DNA of 64,000 nt from Octopus vulgaris (taxonomy: Eukaryota). The notes below the pieces were generated by a model. The model worked only from the letters and a program-made list of their open reading frames with translations, was not told the DNA's origin and made no database searches. Positions 37,276 to 50,958 of this stretch are shown one piece after another; position 1 is the first letter of the stretch; each line of letters begins with the position of its first letter. The stretch spans positions 4,216,001 to 4,280,000 of the forward strand of contig OX597838.1 of the NCBI GenBank assembly GCA_951406725.2, written 5' to 3'. Made by a program: the position numbers and the translations under genes.

Positions 37276-38394
37276 CTGCAAAAAATCAAAACAAAGTCAA
37301 ATTACAGTTGATGTTTCTAAAAATCAAGACAGAGGCAGACCAATCCAAGCCCACTTACATCTATCTTTCACTTGCTTCAGTCATTTGACTGTGGCCATGC
37401 TGGGGTACTGCCTCGAAATTTTAGTCAAATGTATCAACTCAAATACGTTTTTTTTTAAAGCCTGATACTTATTCTATTGGTCTCTTTTGATGAACTGCTA
37501 AGTTATGGGGATGTAAATACACCAGTACTGGTTGTCATGCAGGGGTGGGGGACAAACACAGACATAACGGGCTTCTTTCAGTCTCCATCTACAAAATCCA
37601 CTCAAGGCTTCGGTAGGCTTGAGGCTATAGAAGACATTTGCCCAAGGTGTCACGTGGTGGGAGTGAACCCTGATGATGACAGCTAATTAACTTATTAATT
37701 ACAGAAGCAGTTTAATCATTGATTCATCCATCTTTCATATTGGGGAGGAAAGCAAATTACAATTATTTAATTTCTAAATAAAAATCATTAATAGGTACAA
37801 AAGGTGTGGTTGGATTGTAAGTTTGCTTCCCAACCACATGGTTCCAGGTTCAGTCCCACTGCTTGGCACCTTGTACATGCAACTTCTTTTTTTTTTTGGC
37901 TGACCAAAGCCTTGTGATTGGATTCGGTAGATGGAAACTGAAAGAAGCCTGCTTGTCATATTTTTTTTATTCATTTTAGCTATGCAGCTGTGGTCATGCT
38001 GGAGCACCATACCTTTGTGTTGCCATCTCTATGTTTTGACATCACATGACAGTAGAAGTCTCATTTACTTAACGAGTAAATCAGTGGTGTGCGTTATTTC
38101 CAATATGCAGTGAATACATGTCTGGCCATGTGGTAACATCGGCTCACTTGGAGATTGGCAAGGGTTGGCAACAGAAAAGTCGTCCAGCCGTAGAAAATGC
38201 ACCACCACAAATTCCATGCAAGCATCAGACATTAGAATGACGATGATGATTTAGTCGTAGAAACTGTCCCAAAGTGGACAGTAGAGCGTAGTGCAATCCT
38301 CTGGTCTGCCAGCTCCTATTGAACTGTCCAACTCATGCCAGCATGGAAGGTGGATGCTAAACGGTGATGAAGATGACGATGAGGACACACTCAG

Positions 38395-38973
38395 ACTTTT
38401 TTTTAACTTGAGACAGCATTCACCCGGGGTGGGTTGAGCTGGCTTCATTCATCCTCAATGCTGCATCTCTCACAAACGCCGACCAGACCTGGTGATTTGA
38501 GGCTAACGACCGCGTGATCTCCAACCACTCCTTATTCAGCGGTGAACGCCGTAGATATGGGGGCCTAGGTTGGGTTCCAGATCAGCCTTGACTGTCATCA
38601 GCCAGGTTTTTCGTTGTCCACCACATCGCATTTGCCAACCCTGGAGGGGAGCTGGGGCAATTGCTTCGTAGATGAATTCTCCTGGTTGACGACGGAGGGC
38701 ATGACCCAGCCAATGCAGACGTCTTGTTAGGATGACTTGTTAGAGGGAGGTGATTCTGCACTGGTGTCACACCGAATTGTTGGAGACAAAGTGATGCCAT
38801 CGGACACGAAGGATGCAGCATAGACAGAAGTGATCGAAGGATTCTAGTCGCTTAATATCTTCCACCCTCATTGGCCATGACTCGCTGCCGTAAAGGAGAA
38901 TCGTTCGCACTAGTGCTTGGTAGATCCGTACTTTGGTGGTGCGTCGGATCTCAGATCTTGACCAGAGTCGTGC
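38395..38973 (-). mobile_element. 5'-truncated RTE LINE in DTYMK intron 3
   Basis: RLWSRSEIRRTTKVRIYQALVRTILLYGSESWPMRVEDIKRLESFDHFCLCCILRVRW, a typical RTE post-RT domain. Confidence 0.85.
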
Positions 38974-39125
38974 ACACACAGAGAACAATATTTATCCTTT
39001 TAGCAACAGAATAGCATGGCAGTATGGAAGGCGGATGTTAAATGGTGATAGTGACGGTTGCGGTGACAACAAAGAAGAAGACAATGAAGAAATAAGAAGA
39101 CAAACACACAGAAAACAATATTTAC

Positions 39126-39216
39126 CCCTTTAGCAACAGAATAGCAAATTCCTGAGTAAGCATAACGGTCCATGATAACTGTGACACCATTAAGTAACAT
39201 CTTTTGGATATCTTTC
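39126..39216 (-). CDS. DTYMK: Thymidylate kinase exon 3
   Basis: ttgcAG|GAAAGAT...AAAGGG|GTaaat, 91 nt. (M)KDIQKMLLNGVTVIMDRYAYSGICYSVAKG contains the DRY motif. Confidence 0.95.
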
Positions 39217-40467
39217 CTGCAAATGACATAAAAAAATATCACTGAAAATTGTCTTTCAATGTAATCAGACGCAAAGAAGTCACAGAAACGGTCTTGTAAA
39301 TAACATCCCTTCAGTTTGGTTTGCATTCAAATACACTGACACACCAAAAAGACTCCCCATAACAGGTGGCGGCACCAGTGGGGGAGCTGATTCACGCCCT
39401 CTAGTGTCGTTCCTGATATGGCAGCAAGCTGGCAGAAACGTTAGCACGCCAGGCGAAATGCTTAGCGGTATTTCATCTGCTGCTACGTTCTGAGTTCAAA
39501 TTCCGCCGATGTCGACTTTGCCTTTCATCCTTTCGGGGTCGATAAATTAAGTACCAGTTACGCACTGGATTCGATGTAATCGACTTAATCCCTTTGTCTG
39601 TCCTTGTTTGTCCCCTCTATGTTTAGCCCCTTGTGGGTAGTAAAGAAATATATATAAAAACACAAAGATGGTCATGGCTGGATGGCTTTTTATCATAAAG
39701 CAGCTCAATCAGGGCTGGCCTGAGGCTAAACAACAAACTGAATAGATCTATGTGAACCCTTTTGTTATCATCGATCATGCAGACAGATATTACATTTCCA
39801 GTAGAGCCAACCCACCTTATTCCTGTCCTCACCCAGCCTTCACATAACCTTATTCAGGACCAATCCCAGCATAGTATAAGGTAAGTTGAGCCAGCTCTGA
39901 CCAACAAGTCCACCATGTCCCTCACAAATGCTGATCATATCCGATGGTCAGCCGCAGTCAAGGCAGTAATGCATAGCATATAGTGTAAACATTCAAACAT
40001 CATCAATATCTTCCCAAATCCTGCTTCATTTTACATTCAATTTGTGGTCCTCCAAAGTTGTCTTCGTGTATAAGTGGACCTACCTTTTTTGACTGGAAAA
40101 TTTGTATGCCAGAAGATGGATTATTATTGAGAATAATTTTGTGTATATAAAAGTGTATGTGTTTTTGTTCATCGTTTAACATCCACTTTCCATGCTGGCA
40201 TGGGTTGGATGGTTTGACTGAGGACTGGCGAGCCAGATGGCTGCACCAGGCTCCAATCTAATCTGGCAGAGTTTCTACAGCTGGATGCACTTCCTAATAC
40301 CAACCACTCTGAGAGGGTAGTGGGTGCTTTTATGTGTCACCGGCACGTGGGCCAGTCAGACAGTACTGGCAACGGCCACACTCAAATGGTATTTTTTACA
40401 TACCACCTGCACAGGAGCCAGTCCAGCGGCACTGTAGATATACACAAACACACATCATACCTATATT

Positions 40468-40500
<33 letters not shown>

Positions 40501-40782
40501 TCATATGCAATCATTTACCGTATTTTCCCTGGTCATTGTTGTATACACATCATGTAAACATTCAAACACTGTCACTATCTTTCCAAATCCTGCTGTTTTT
40601 CACACGGAATTTTTTGTCCCCCAAAGTTGTCTTGGTATATAAGTCAACCTACCTTTTTTTTTTAGCTGTAAATTTTGGTTTGAAAAATTTGACTTGCATG
40701 CCTGAAAATACTGTATACAATACAGATCCTTTGAAAGTAAAAAAAAAAATTACAGAAGATACAAAAATTGGTAACAACTTAC

Positions 40783-40891
40783 ATGGTCTCCCATCGATTA
40801 GCAGTGAAGAGAAGGTGGATCGCTTGGTCAGGTAAATCGATTTCTTTCTTAAGATATTTATCTATCACAGAACCAATAGCCGTCTCACGAT
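40783..40891 (-). CDS. DTYMK: Thymidylate kinase exon 2
   Basis: ctgcAG|ATCGTGAG...GAGACCAT|GTaagt, 109 nt. (N)[35 protein letters not shown] contains the conserved HLLF.ANRWE. Not in the ORF track. Confidence 0.95.
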
Positions 40892-42697
40892 CTGCAGAAG
40901 GAGGAAGGAAAGAAAATTACTTTTATCAGAGAAAACATTATTGCTTCGCCATTAACTGCTGCTATCAACTCTTGGGGTGTCAAAAGATCCTCCAAGCTCT
41001 CTGGTGATTCAATTTAACTTGTAAGATCACCTCACCTGTCCTGTTTGGCATTACACAACTCTAAGTGGTCTTTGATAAACTTTTCACAGTGCAGTGAAGC
41101 CAGTAGAGTGCAACCTAAGTAAAACCTGGTGGGGGGGGGGGGCTGTCCAGCCACTTCCTTGTGTACTTGTTGATGTTGGCCCTCCATGCCCTAGACTGTG
41201 CTACTTCTGATAGCGTAGGTCAGCAGAGGCCAGAAAAACTTTAGGATTAATGTTGCCAGCCTCGCCTGGCCCCCGTGCCGGTGGCACATAAAAAGCACCA
41301 TCTGATCGTGGCCGTTTGCCAGACTTGTCTGGCACGTAAAAAGCACCCACTACACTCTTGGAGTGGTTGGCGTTAGGAAGGGCATCCAGCCGTAGAAACA
41401 TTGCCAGATGAAACTGGGCCTGGTGCAGCCTTCTGGCTTCCCAGACCCCAGTTGAACCGTCCAACCCATGCTAGCATAGAAAGCGGACGCTAAACAATGA
41501 TGATGATGACCAAAGTAACTAGAAATCACGAATAAGAGTGGCCAGAAGCTGGATATATCATATTTCATTCCAGTTCATCAAATCTACTGATTTTGAATGA
41601 ACTCACTGCACCGTTTGAAAGCAGAATAGGCCAGTCTGACCATCAGCCTGGGGGAAGCAAACTGCTGGGTCATGGTTCTCAGCACATGGGTTGGAGCCGG
41701 AGGCTTTGTGGGCAAACCTGCTTACAATCTCATCAATTTCTGGAAAGAATGGGACTAGAAGCCATAATGGAATATCAGAGACAACGGAGAGATGCTCCAG
41801 CTGGATCCGGTCGAGGGGGAACAAAAACGACCTCCATTACTGTTCGAAAGCAATATTTTCCAGATTTTAATGCTAAGGGAAGTAACTCTGAGCCAGTCGT
41901 CGTGATAACGTTAACGTTTCACTGCTACCATGACAACCAACGCTATTTCTTATTTAAGTATGAAAGATGAGTCAACGGCGAGGAGTGACAAACCAGACGA
42001 AATCTCCAACATCCAAGTAGCTGAAACCTATTAGCAGAAGGGCATCCAGGAGTCATGACCTGGATATGGCCCAGCCCCCTTTGAGTGTAAGAAGTTAAGG
42101 GCCGAACCACTTGCCAGAGATGGGGGTTTCCTTCTCTGAAGAGGTTCTGCTGTTCAGCCCTCTTGAAAGAGTTCCTTACCACTGATGTGCGTTTGTGCGT
42201 ACGCTAACCATCCCCCCCCCCCCCCATTAAATTCCAATACCATTGTAATCTACATTATCTGGATGGTAATCACTGGGAGAGGCGTCAAAAAAAAATGTCT
42301 GCATTTCTGAAAGTTATGAAAATAAAATGAGATGGCTTGTGCGAATTTTCCAAAACTCCTTTCCCTACAATTGGGGGAAAATTTTTTCCCCAACAAATTC
42401 CGATATAATCGTAACCTTTGCTATCTGAAGCATATTTGTAGAAAATTTCATTCTGTTTTGTTTTTAAAAAAAAGGCGTTGTTGAAATAAATTCTCTGCCT
42501 TTAATTTCTAAAATTAAAGTTTACTAAAATAACTTTGGTGTTTGAAACATAATTTAACAAGAAGTTTTGTTGAAAGCTTTTTTTTTTAAATTTAAAACTG
42601 GACATATATCATAGAACCAGGAATAGTCTCAGAATAGGTTCGTTTCAACCCACAGATAGGGTATCAAAAGGACGAACCGTTATAATATCAGAACTCC

Positions 42698-42904
42698 TAT
42701 TTCTTTACTTACCACAAGGGGCTAAACAGAGAGAGGACAAACGGATTAAGTCAATTATATCGACCCCAGTACGTAACTGGTACTTAATTTATCGACCCCG
42801 AAAGGATGAAAGGCAAAGTCGACCTCGGCGGAATTTGAACTCAGAACGTAACGGCAGAATGCATTTCGCCCGGCGTGCTAACGATTCTGCCAGCTCGCCG
42901 CCGT
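42698..42904 (-). mobile_element. Nin/Meta-domain-like SINE with 21-bp TSD in DTYMK intron 1
   Basis: ccgttataatatcagaactcc present on both sides. Confidence 0.88.
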
Positions 42905-44542
42905 CCGTTATAATATCAGAACTCCGTGGAAATAATCTGCCTTTTATTTCAGTTTATTTCGAAAATAATGAAGAATTTAGTAAAACAGCTTTGTCGCTAA
43001 GCTGGGGTTTCGAACACAAATCAACAAACCTACACAAGTTGTTCCCCTCCCCGACTTTTGTTTCCCCGTAATTTTCAGAAGATTAATAATTTTAAATGAA
43101 ATTTTAAAAAAATACCTTTCTGGTAGAGCAGATTCCGATTATATAAGAATTTAATAGGAATAAAAAAATTTTAAATTAGGTGTTGCACACATCACATTTT
43201 GCCGAAATTCCAAGTGTCAGTGTAAGGTGTACACACCATTTCTTTTTTGCCTTTTCATATTAAATTCTAATATTGGCGAAGTTTCGGATCAGGATGTCCA
43301 CATAAAATGGATTTCCTCCGTTTTGACGGCGATTTTCCCAATTTTTATTTCACCAGGACTTTCAGAATGATTGGAAGGAGCTTCTTATGGAGTCAAAACG
43401 AAAGATAGCCAATTTTTTATTTTTTGCACTATGCACTTAAGTTGTGTAATTTAAGGGAGATTTAGCTGTTGCTTCTAGCACATCCTACCTGGGACCTTCC
43501 TTGTTCCTCTTTCCCCCAAGTGAGTTCGTGTGTGAGAGTGTAAAAAAATACAGATTTACGAAGAGAAAAGTAAAGATTTTTCCCCACCCCACCTTTGCTC
43601 TTTATAATTTAAACGTATTGGAGAGTCCGAGGACATTGGTGGGAATTATCCAGTGATTTAAAACAGTTCTGTAACAGATCTTATTTTAATTCTTTTCAGT
43701 TAGTAAATGGTTTATCTCTCTCTCCCTCACACACACACGGACACGCTTGGTGCGGAATGAGGGAGGGTGGTGTTTAAAAAACTTTCTTTTTGTTGCTTAA
43801 ATCCCAGAAATGGACCACCCTTGGGCCAAACTAAACCTGCGTGTTGTTACTTCTGCATCATCATCATTTCATAAAATATGTTTATGGAGAGAAAAATATG
43901 GAAAAACATCAATACATATGTGAGTGACAGTGACCAAGAAACGAAGGAGGTACCAGGTAGTCGTGGGATATGCTAGAAACAACAGCTAAATCTCACATAA
44001 ATCACACCTTTACGTAAGAAAATATTAAAGATTTTTTATAAATTTTTTTTTTACCGAAAAGTATTCCGATAATCTGAATCTACACAATCTGAAGCGTAGA
44101 AAATTACATTAAAAAATATCCAAAATCGGGAGGGGGCACATATATGTAGAAATGCCCAGAAACAACAGCTAAATCTCCCTCAAATGACACACCTTTTCGT
44201 CTGAAAATATATTTTCAAGTTTTATATTTTTATTACAAATTTTTTTTATACCGAAAAGGCGTCTCCCATCGTTTTTACGCGCGTAATATAAAAAGCAAAT
44301 GGCCAAGATTAATGTTTGTTTCTCAGAAACCGGTTTGTATTCAAGACAAAATGCATTTTTTAAGGAAAAGTTCGATTCTGCATTCGCCCCAAAGTTAGAT
44401 GGACCGAGCTCAAACACAAAAGAACCTTATTACAAACGAAAGAAACATGACAACGCTGTGATTACATTAACAACAACAGAACAGAGTAAGACAGAGAAAA
44501 AGTAAAAATCCCAGACTTTTCTGTTTTGTTTTGGTGGCTTAC

Positions 44543-44690
44543 TTGGGAAACTGTACAAAACGACGGTTCGTCCAACACCTTCCAGGGACGACTTTAAATT
44601 TTCGCATTGCGTCGACTTGCCACATCGGTCGATTCCTTCAAAGACAAACAGCTGACCGCGGTGGAGTTCAGGTGGATCGAAGGACATCAT
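44543..44690 (-). CDS. DTYMK: Thymidylate kinase exon 1
   Basis: MMSFDPPELHRGQLFVFEGIDRCGKSTQ... contains the dTMP kinase P-loop. Ends FP-A|GTaagc; 148 nt. Confidence 0.95.
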
Positions 44691-45000
44691 TTCTATGAAG
44701 TGCGTCCGAAATGGTTTTTAAGATTTCAAAGTGGCGCTCTTTTTAACAAGAAATGGGTCACCACTTCCGTCAACGTTGTCACTTTCGGTGTATAATTACA
44801 CACCAACACCAACACCATCATCATCGTCATCATCGTCATCATTAGAACGTTAATTACTTCAATTCCGGCAAACAACGACCACAGAAGGTCGATTACACTT
44901 CCACTTATTTTTAGGATTATTTTGTTTTTTTTTTGAGTCCTTATGTAAGAAAGAAGGAAAACTTCTGCACTTTCAAGGCGAATCACGAATAGTTTTGAGT
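44691..45000 (-). promoter_or_regulatory. DTYMK 5' UTR / proximal promoter region
   Basis: Unique, relatively CpG-rich sequence directly upstream of the ATG, with ETS-like ACTTCC motifs (ccacttccgt near 44761). Confidence 0.4.
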
Positions 45001-45095
45001 TACTCTGTAAGAATGAATACGAAAAAACTTTAATGAAAACAGAAAAAAGTTAAGGATTCCTCTGTGTGCGTGCGCGCATGTACACACACACACAC

Positions 45096-45126
<31 letters not shown>

Positions 45127-47917
45127 TATATATACACACACACACACACATATATATACAGACACACACCAGTGCTTATGTACGAAACGGAGTTTTTGAA
45201 TCACTGTTGCGTCTGCTAAATATTGATAATAATAATAATAATAACTAGCTGGACCCGTGAAAAATTCAAGGAAAACGTAAAAAATGTAAGCATCTGTAAA
45301 CAGTGTGTCTTTACGTTCTGAGTTCAAATCCTGCCGAGGTCGACTATGCTTTTCGTCCTTTCAGAGTCGATATAATCAACTGGCCCCCTCCCCACAAAAA
45401 TTTCAGGCCTAGAAAAGTATATTGTGACAGTTACAGAATATAGAAAGTAATGCAACGGAGATGTACTTGCATAGCAAGTGACCTGATCTGAGATCGTGTG
45501 CTGGAACGAAAACAATTGCAGCGTGGAAGGTGTTTATAAGCCATTTAAGAAACACACAAAATCCGTTAGATTCACTTCAACATTTAAATTTAATTTGTCA
45601 AAATAGTTTCGTCGCTTTTTAGATTGCGACCTGTTCGCTGAAAAAATTCCGTGCTAACTATATAATCCAACCAAAATATCTCAGTTACACAAACATAAAC
45701 GGAATTACTATTTAACCTTAAAATAAGAAATAAATAAAAATATAAATAAGAAAAAAGTGGATATTTTACCAGTGAGTGTGTTAAATCATAAGGTATAAGG
45801 AAAAAAAAATGACTCTCCCCAGACACAACAGAATATGCTTCAACACACGAACTCACACAAAGAATCTTGCAAACCAAATCCAAAAATGAAATGTCCTCAT
45901 CTTGTTTGTTGTTAACACATTTCATCTGATTTACCCTCCAGCCTTCATCAGGTGCTTTGGGGAAATTTCGAACCTGGGTTCTCATTCCCAAGTTAGAACT
46001 GTAGGTAATGGGTGTATATGCATATTTCAGAAGATCTTGTTTCTTCTTCAGCACTCCATCCACCCTGTTAACCACCCTTGAACATACAGCATTGAGTATA
46101 GCTGTGTAACATGATTGGAAACAACAATTTTACACATTAAACACATTCCTGGCAACTGGAATAATACTCTGATTTGTTTCAGTCATATGACTGTGGCTAT
46201 GTTGGAGCACTGCCTTTAGTCGAACAAATCGACTCCAAGACTTATTTTTTGTAAGCCTAGTACTTATTCTATCGGTCTCTTTTGCTGAACTACTAAGTTA
46301 CGGGGGACATAAACGCACTAGCATCGGTTGTCAAGCGATGGTGGAGGGACAAACACAGACACACAAACATATACATACATATGTATATGTATATATATAT
46401 ATATATATAAACACAGACACACAAACATATACATACATATGTATATGTATATATATATATATATATATAAACACAGACACACAAACATATACATACATAT
46501 ATATGTATATATATATGTATTTCAGTTTCCATCTGCCAAATCCATTCACAAGGCTTTGGTCAGCCTGAGGCTATAGTAGAAGACACTTGCCCAAGGTACC
46601 ATGCAGTGGGACTGAACCTGGAACCATGTGGTTGGCAAGCAAGCTACTTATCACACAGCCACTCTAAAATAAGGCTCTTGCATCTTGTAAAATATAAAAT
46701 ATAAAGAATTCACTTACCAAAGATATTGGACACTGCTCCTTTGCCAGCTCTGATTGAGAAGAAGACTAAGATGAATGATAAGACTAAGATGAATGATATA
46801 TCAGGTGTTATCATTCATATTGATCATTCATTCTCCTTTTATTTTATCATAAAGCCTTCATGCCTTTAAAATAGTAGCATATCATCTCAGAAGATATGAC
46901 TTATTTCTAACAGACTGATTTACCATCTGTAGACTCTGTCATTCATTTGGTCTGTAAGGATGTTGTTTATGTTATTGGTGATGGTCCTTATGTGGATTGT
47001 AGCTGTAATATCATTGCACGCATATTGAAATACTGGGATATCCAAAAGCCAAGGAGTTGATATCCTAAAACCAAGGTGCCACATAAAAAGCACTGGGGCT
47101 GGTGCCATGTAAAAAGTACCAAATAGATTCTGTAGAGTGGTTTGGCATTAGGAAGGGCATCCAGCTGTAGAAACCCAGCCAAAACGGACTATGGAACCGG
47201 GTGTGGCCCCTGACCTTGCCAGTTCCTGTCAAGCTGTTCAACCCATGCCAGCATGGAAAACAAGCCTTAAATGTTGCTAAAACATCTGAAATTTTGTGGG
47301 GAGAAGGTCAGTCGATTACATCGAACCCAGGATGCATCTGATACTTATTTCACTGACCCTGAAAGAATGGAAGGCAAAGCTGACCTTGACAGAATTTGAA
47401 CTCAGAATGTGAAGACGGATGAAGTGAAATGCTACCAAGCATTGTACCTGGCATGATCATGGTTCTGCCCATTTACCATCATTGGTTCTGTACAAGTTTG
47501 GGGTAAGGGGAAACTCAATCACATTGTCCCCTGTGTTCAACTGCTATTTATTTCATTGACCCCGAAACAATGAAAGGCAAAGTAAACCTGTCTCCCTAAC
47601 TTGCGAGGAACCCCCAAACACTAAGTTTTTCAGTTTTATCCCTCGTCAATACTGGTGGCTGTTTGGGGCCAACTTAAGGCATGGGCACACTAGGCAGTTG
47701 CTTGGGGTCCACATGGGTTTAGGGGCCCAATTCTGATCCATGTATGTTGTGGCTTGCTGTCAATAAATAAATACAATAGGGCCCAGTGCATTCGTTTGCC
47801 CGGTGGTGGTGGTGGTGGTGGATACAATCTGTTCGGATGGGCCTGGGTCTGTTTGTATAAGTTATTTCAGGAGTGATGCAACAAAACTGGAAGAAAAATG
47901 GAGAAAGAGAGAGAGAT

Positions 47918-48285
47918 GAGAGGCAGTTGGATGGAACTTACACTCGCCTCCTTATGAGAGCTCAAAATCTCTCATGGAAGCGTCATCCAACCAAAGTACA
48001 AATATATGGGAAACTACAACCTGTGTCATCTCTTGTGAAAGGGAGAAGAGTCCAGTTTGCTGGACATTGTTGTAGAGCTGAAAACGAAGTAATTTCTACT
48101 CTTCTCCTCTGGAAGCCATCTGCTTGCGATACCAGAGGGTGCACACTCTCCTACCCTGATGTAATCTCCAAGGATACAGGCATCCAGTGACAGGACCTCC
48201 GTAATGCTATAATGGACCGTGAGGTCTGGCGTAACATAGTAAATTCCATTGTCTTGACCACGGTCGAACAAAGAATGAATGAATG
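47918..48285 (+). mobile_element. RTE-clade LINE 3' fragment
   Basis: LDGTYTRLLMRAQNLSWKRHPTKVQIYGKLQPVSSLVKGRRVQFAGHCCRAE; near-identical to 54720-55100. Confidence 0.82.
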
Positions 48286-48659
48286 AGATGAGAGGATAGA
48301 AAGAGGGAAGAAAAAAATGAGGGATAAGAGAGGAAAAGAAAGAGAAGAGGTCGAGAGAAAGAGGAAGATAAGTGTGTCTGTGTGTGAGGGGGGGGTTGAA
48401 TAAAGCAAGAAAGAAAGAAACAAAGCAATAGGGCAAGAAGAACAAAGAGAGAGCAAGAGGGAGGAGGTGGGGGACAGAGAAGTGGGGTGGGGGTAGAATA
48501 GAATGGAAGAAAAGAGAAAATAAAAGTAATAATAATAATAAACATTCTCACAGAATACAATAATTTATTTTTAGTGCAAAGTCTTCAAAATACAGAAACT
48601 CCCATTGAAGGTTGTTTTCTGAAGAACTGGATTTCTATAGAAGCAACTGAATTCAGATT

Positions 48660-48875
48660 TTATATATGTATATATACATACACACACACATATATATATA
48701 CATACCTATGCATATATATATATACACACACACATATATATATAAATACCTATGCATATATATATATATATATATATATACATACACACACACACGTACC
48801 TATACATGCACATATATATATACATACCTATACACATATATATACATACTTATACACATATATATATATATTTAT

Positions 48876-48906
<31 letters not shown>

Positions 48907-49071
48907 CATACTTATACATATATATACTTATATATATATATATACATACTTATACACACACACATATATATATATATACATACTTATACACACACACATA
49001 TATATATATATACATACTTATACACACACACATATATATATATATATACATACTTATACATATACATACTT

Positions 49072-49114
<43 letters not shown>

Positions 49115-49161
49115 CTTATACATATATATACATACTTATACTTATACATATATACATACTT

Positions 49162-49203
<42 letters not shown>

Positions 49204-49371
49204 GCTTATACACATATATATATATATACATACACACACACACATATATATATACATACATACACACACATATATATATATATATATACATACATACCCA
49301 CATATATATATATATACATACATACATACACACACACCTATACATATATATATATGTATACATTATCTATG

Positions 49372-49413
<42 letters not shown>

Positions 49414-49599
49414 CATAAAATAATTTATTATACACATAAAATCACTTTACACACAATCTGTATTCATACACATATATACACAGTATAAACAGGTCAGCAT
49501 TCAGACATTTGTCTACCTATATATGTATACAATGCATGCGTATATATACATATATACACACGCAAATATATGCACATGTATGTATATATTTGTTACACA

Positions 49600-49639
<40 letters not shown>

Positions 49640-49720
49640 CATACACACATTATATATATATACACACACACACATGCACATATATCATTATATGTATATG
49701 AATATATATATATATAGGTA
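48660..49720. repeat. About 1 kb (TA)/(CA) low-complexity array
   Basis: Direct reading; source of the I/Y/H/T-rich ORFs. Confidence 0.95.
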
Positions 49721-50149
49721 GATATTTGTCTAAATAATCATACTAATTAATATTGAAGTTAATTTTATTACATGATCTCTGTGAAGTTACTGAAGACTGT
49801 GTCTTTGGCATTGCTAGTACCACATTCCTCTAGCAATGTTTTTCAGTTAATTACAATTTGGTCAAGACTTCAAGGAGAGGTGGGGGAGGGGTTTTTTTTA
49901 AACAGTGGGAGAGAAAGAACCTGTGAAAATGCAAGGAGTCAACTGTCTCAAGCAACTAACACACACATGAGAGCGTAGTAGATAATGTACATACTTTGTG
50001 GGCATTATAGTAAGTAACGGGGTATCCAACACTCTTGATACCAACACACATACATTGACAGACTGGATGCGCTGACAAAAGAGGTAGACATCGATATTGT
50101 TTGAAACAGAACTATGTTTATTGAATGATACAGTTAGAGAGACTCACGT

Positions 50150-50205
50150 ACAGGACTTGAAGTTTCTGTGTCGACAACATGATGATTGCTGCACTTCTTC
50201 AGCTG
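50150..50205 (-). ncRNA. Minimal type-I hammerhead-like motif
   Basis: Minus: acag-CTGAAGA-agtg...caca-GAAAC-ttcaa-GTC-ctgt; 4-bp helix I, GUC triplet. Confidence 0.5.
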
Positions 50206-50823
50206 TTGTAAACCTGGTTCTCATGTCACCAATGAAGTAGTGTAGTGTGGCAATTGTCACATCACTCATATTGAAACTTGAAGTCCTGAGTGTATATTTC
50301 CACACCTGTGCCATTCAATAATTATATATATGTATATATACACACACATATACAAACACAAGTGAATGGGAAAAATTAAAGAAAATGGCACTCAACACAT
50401 TTGGTAAGAGTTACATATATTCTTTAATAACAGTTTCATTCAGCTCCATTTAATTTGAAGTTTTGTGGTTGTGCAGTATGAAACCATCTCATCAGATATT
50501 GGTGTCAAACTCTGGCAAAAGCTCAGCAATTTCTGGGGAAGGGATAAATTGATTACATCGACCCCAGTGCATAACTGGTACTTATTTCATTAACCCTAAA
50601 AGGATGAAAGGCAAAGTTCACCTTGGCAACGTTTGAACTCAGAATGTAAAGATGGATGAAATGGCGTTATGCATTTTGCCTGGTGTGCTAACGATTCTGC
50701 CAATTCTCTGCCTGAATTTCATCAGATATTGGAACACTCAAGTCATATGCAATTTAGTGAAACTGTTATTTAAAGAATATATATATATATATTATACAAG
50801 CTGAATTATATATATATATATAT

Positions 50824-50870
<47 letters not shown>

Positions 50871-50924
50871 CATACATACATACATACAAACAAAATTATA
50901 TATATGTATACATACAAGCAAAAC

Positions 50925-50958
<34 letters not shown>

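Noticed and set aside
39984-40660. ~105-bp diverged direct repeat (39984-40090 vs 40553-40660) as another giant TSD
   Set aside because: Copies are far more diverged than the retroposon between them and do not abut it; more likely two old pogo-like fragments.
48574-49488. 304-aa ORF and overlapping ORFs
   Set aside because: TA/CA microsatellite artefact.
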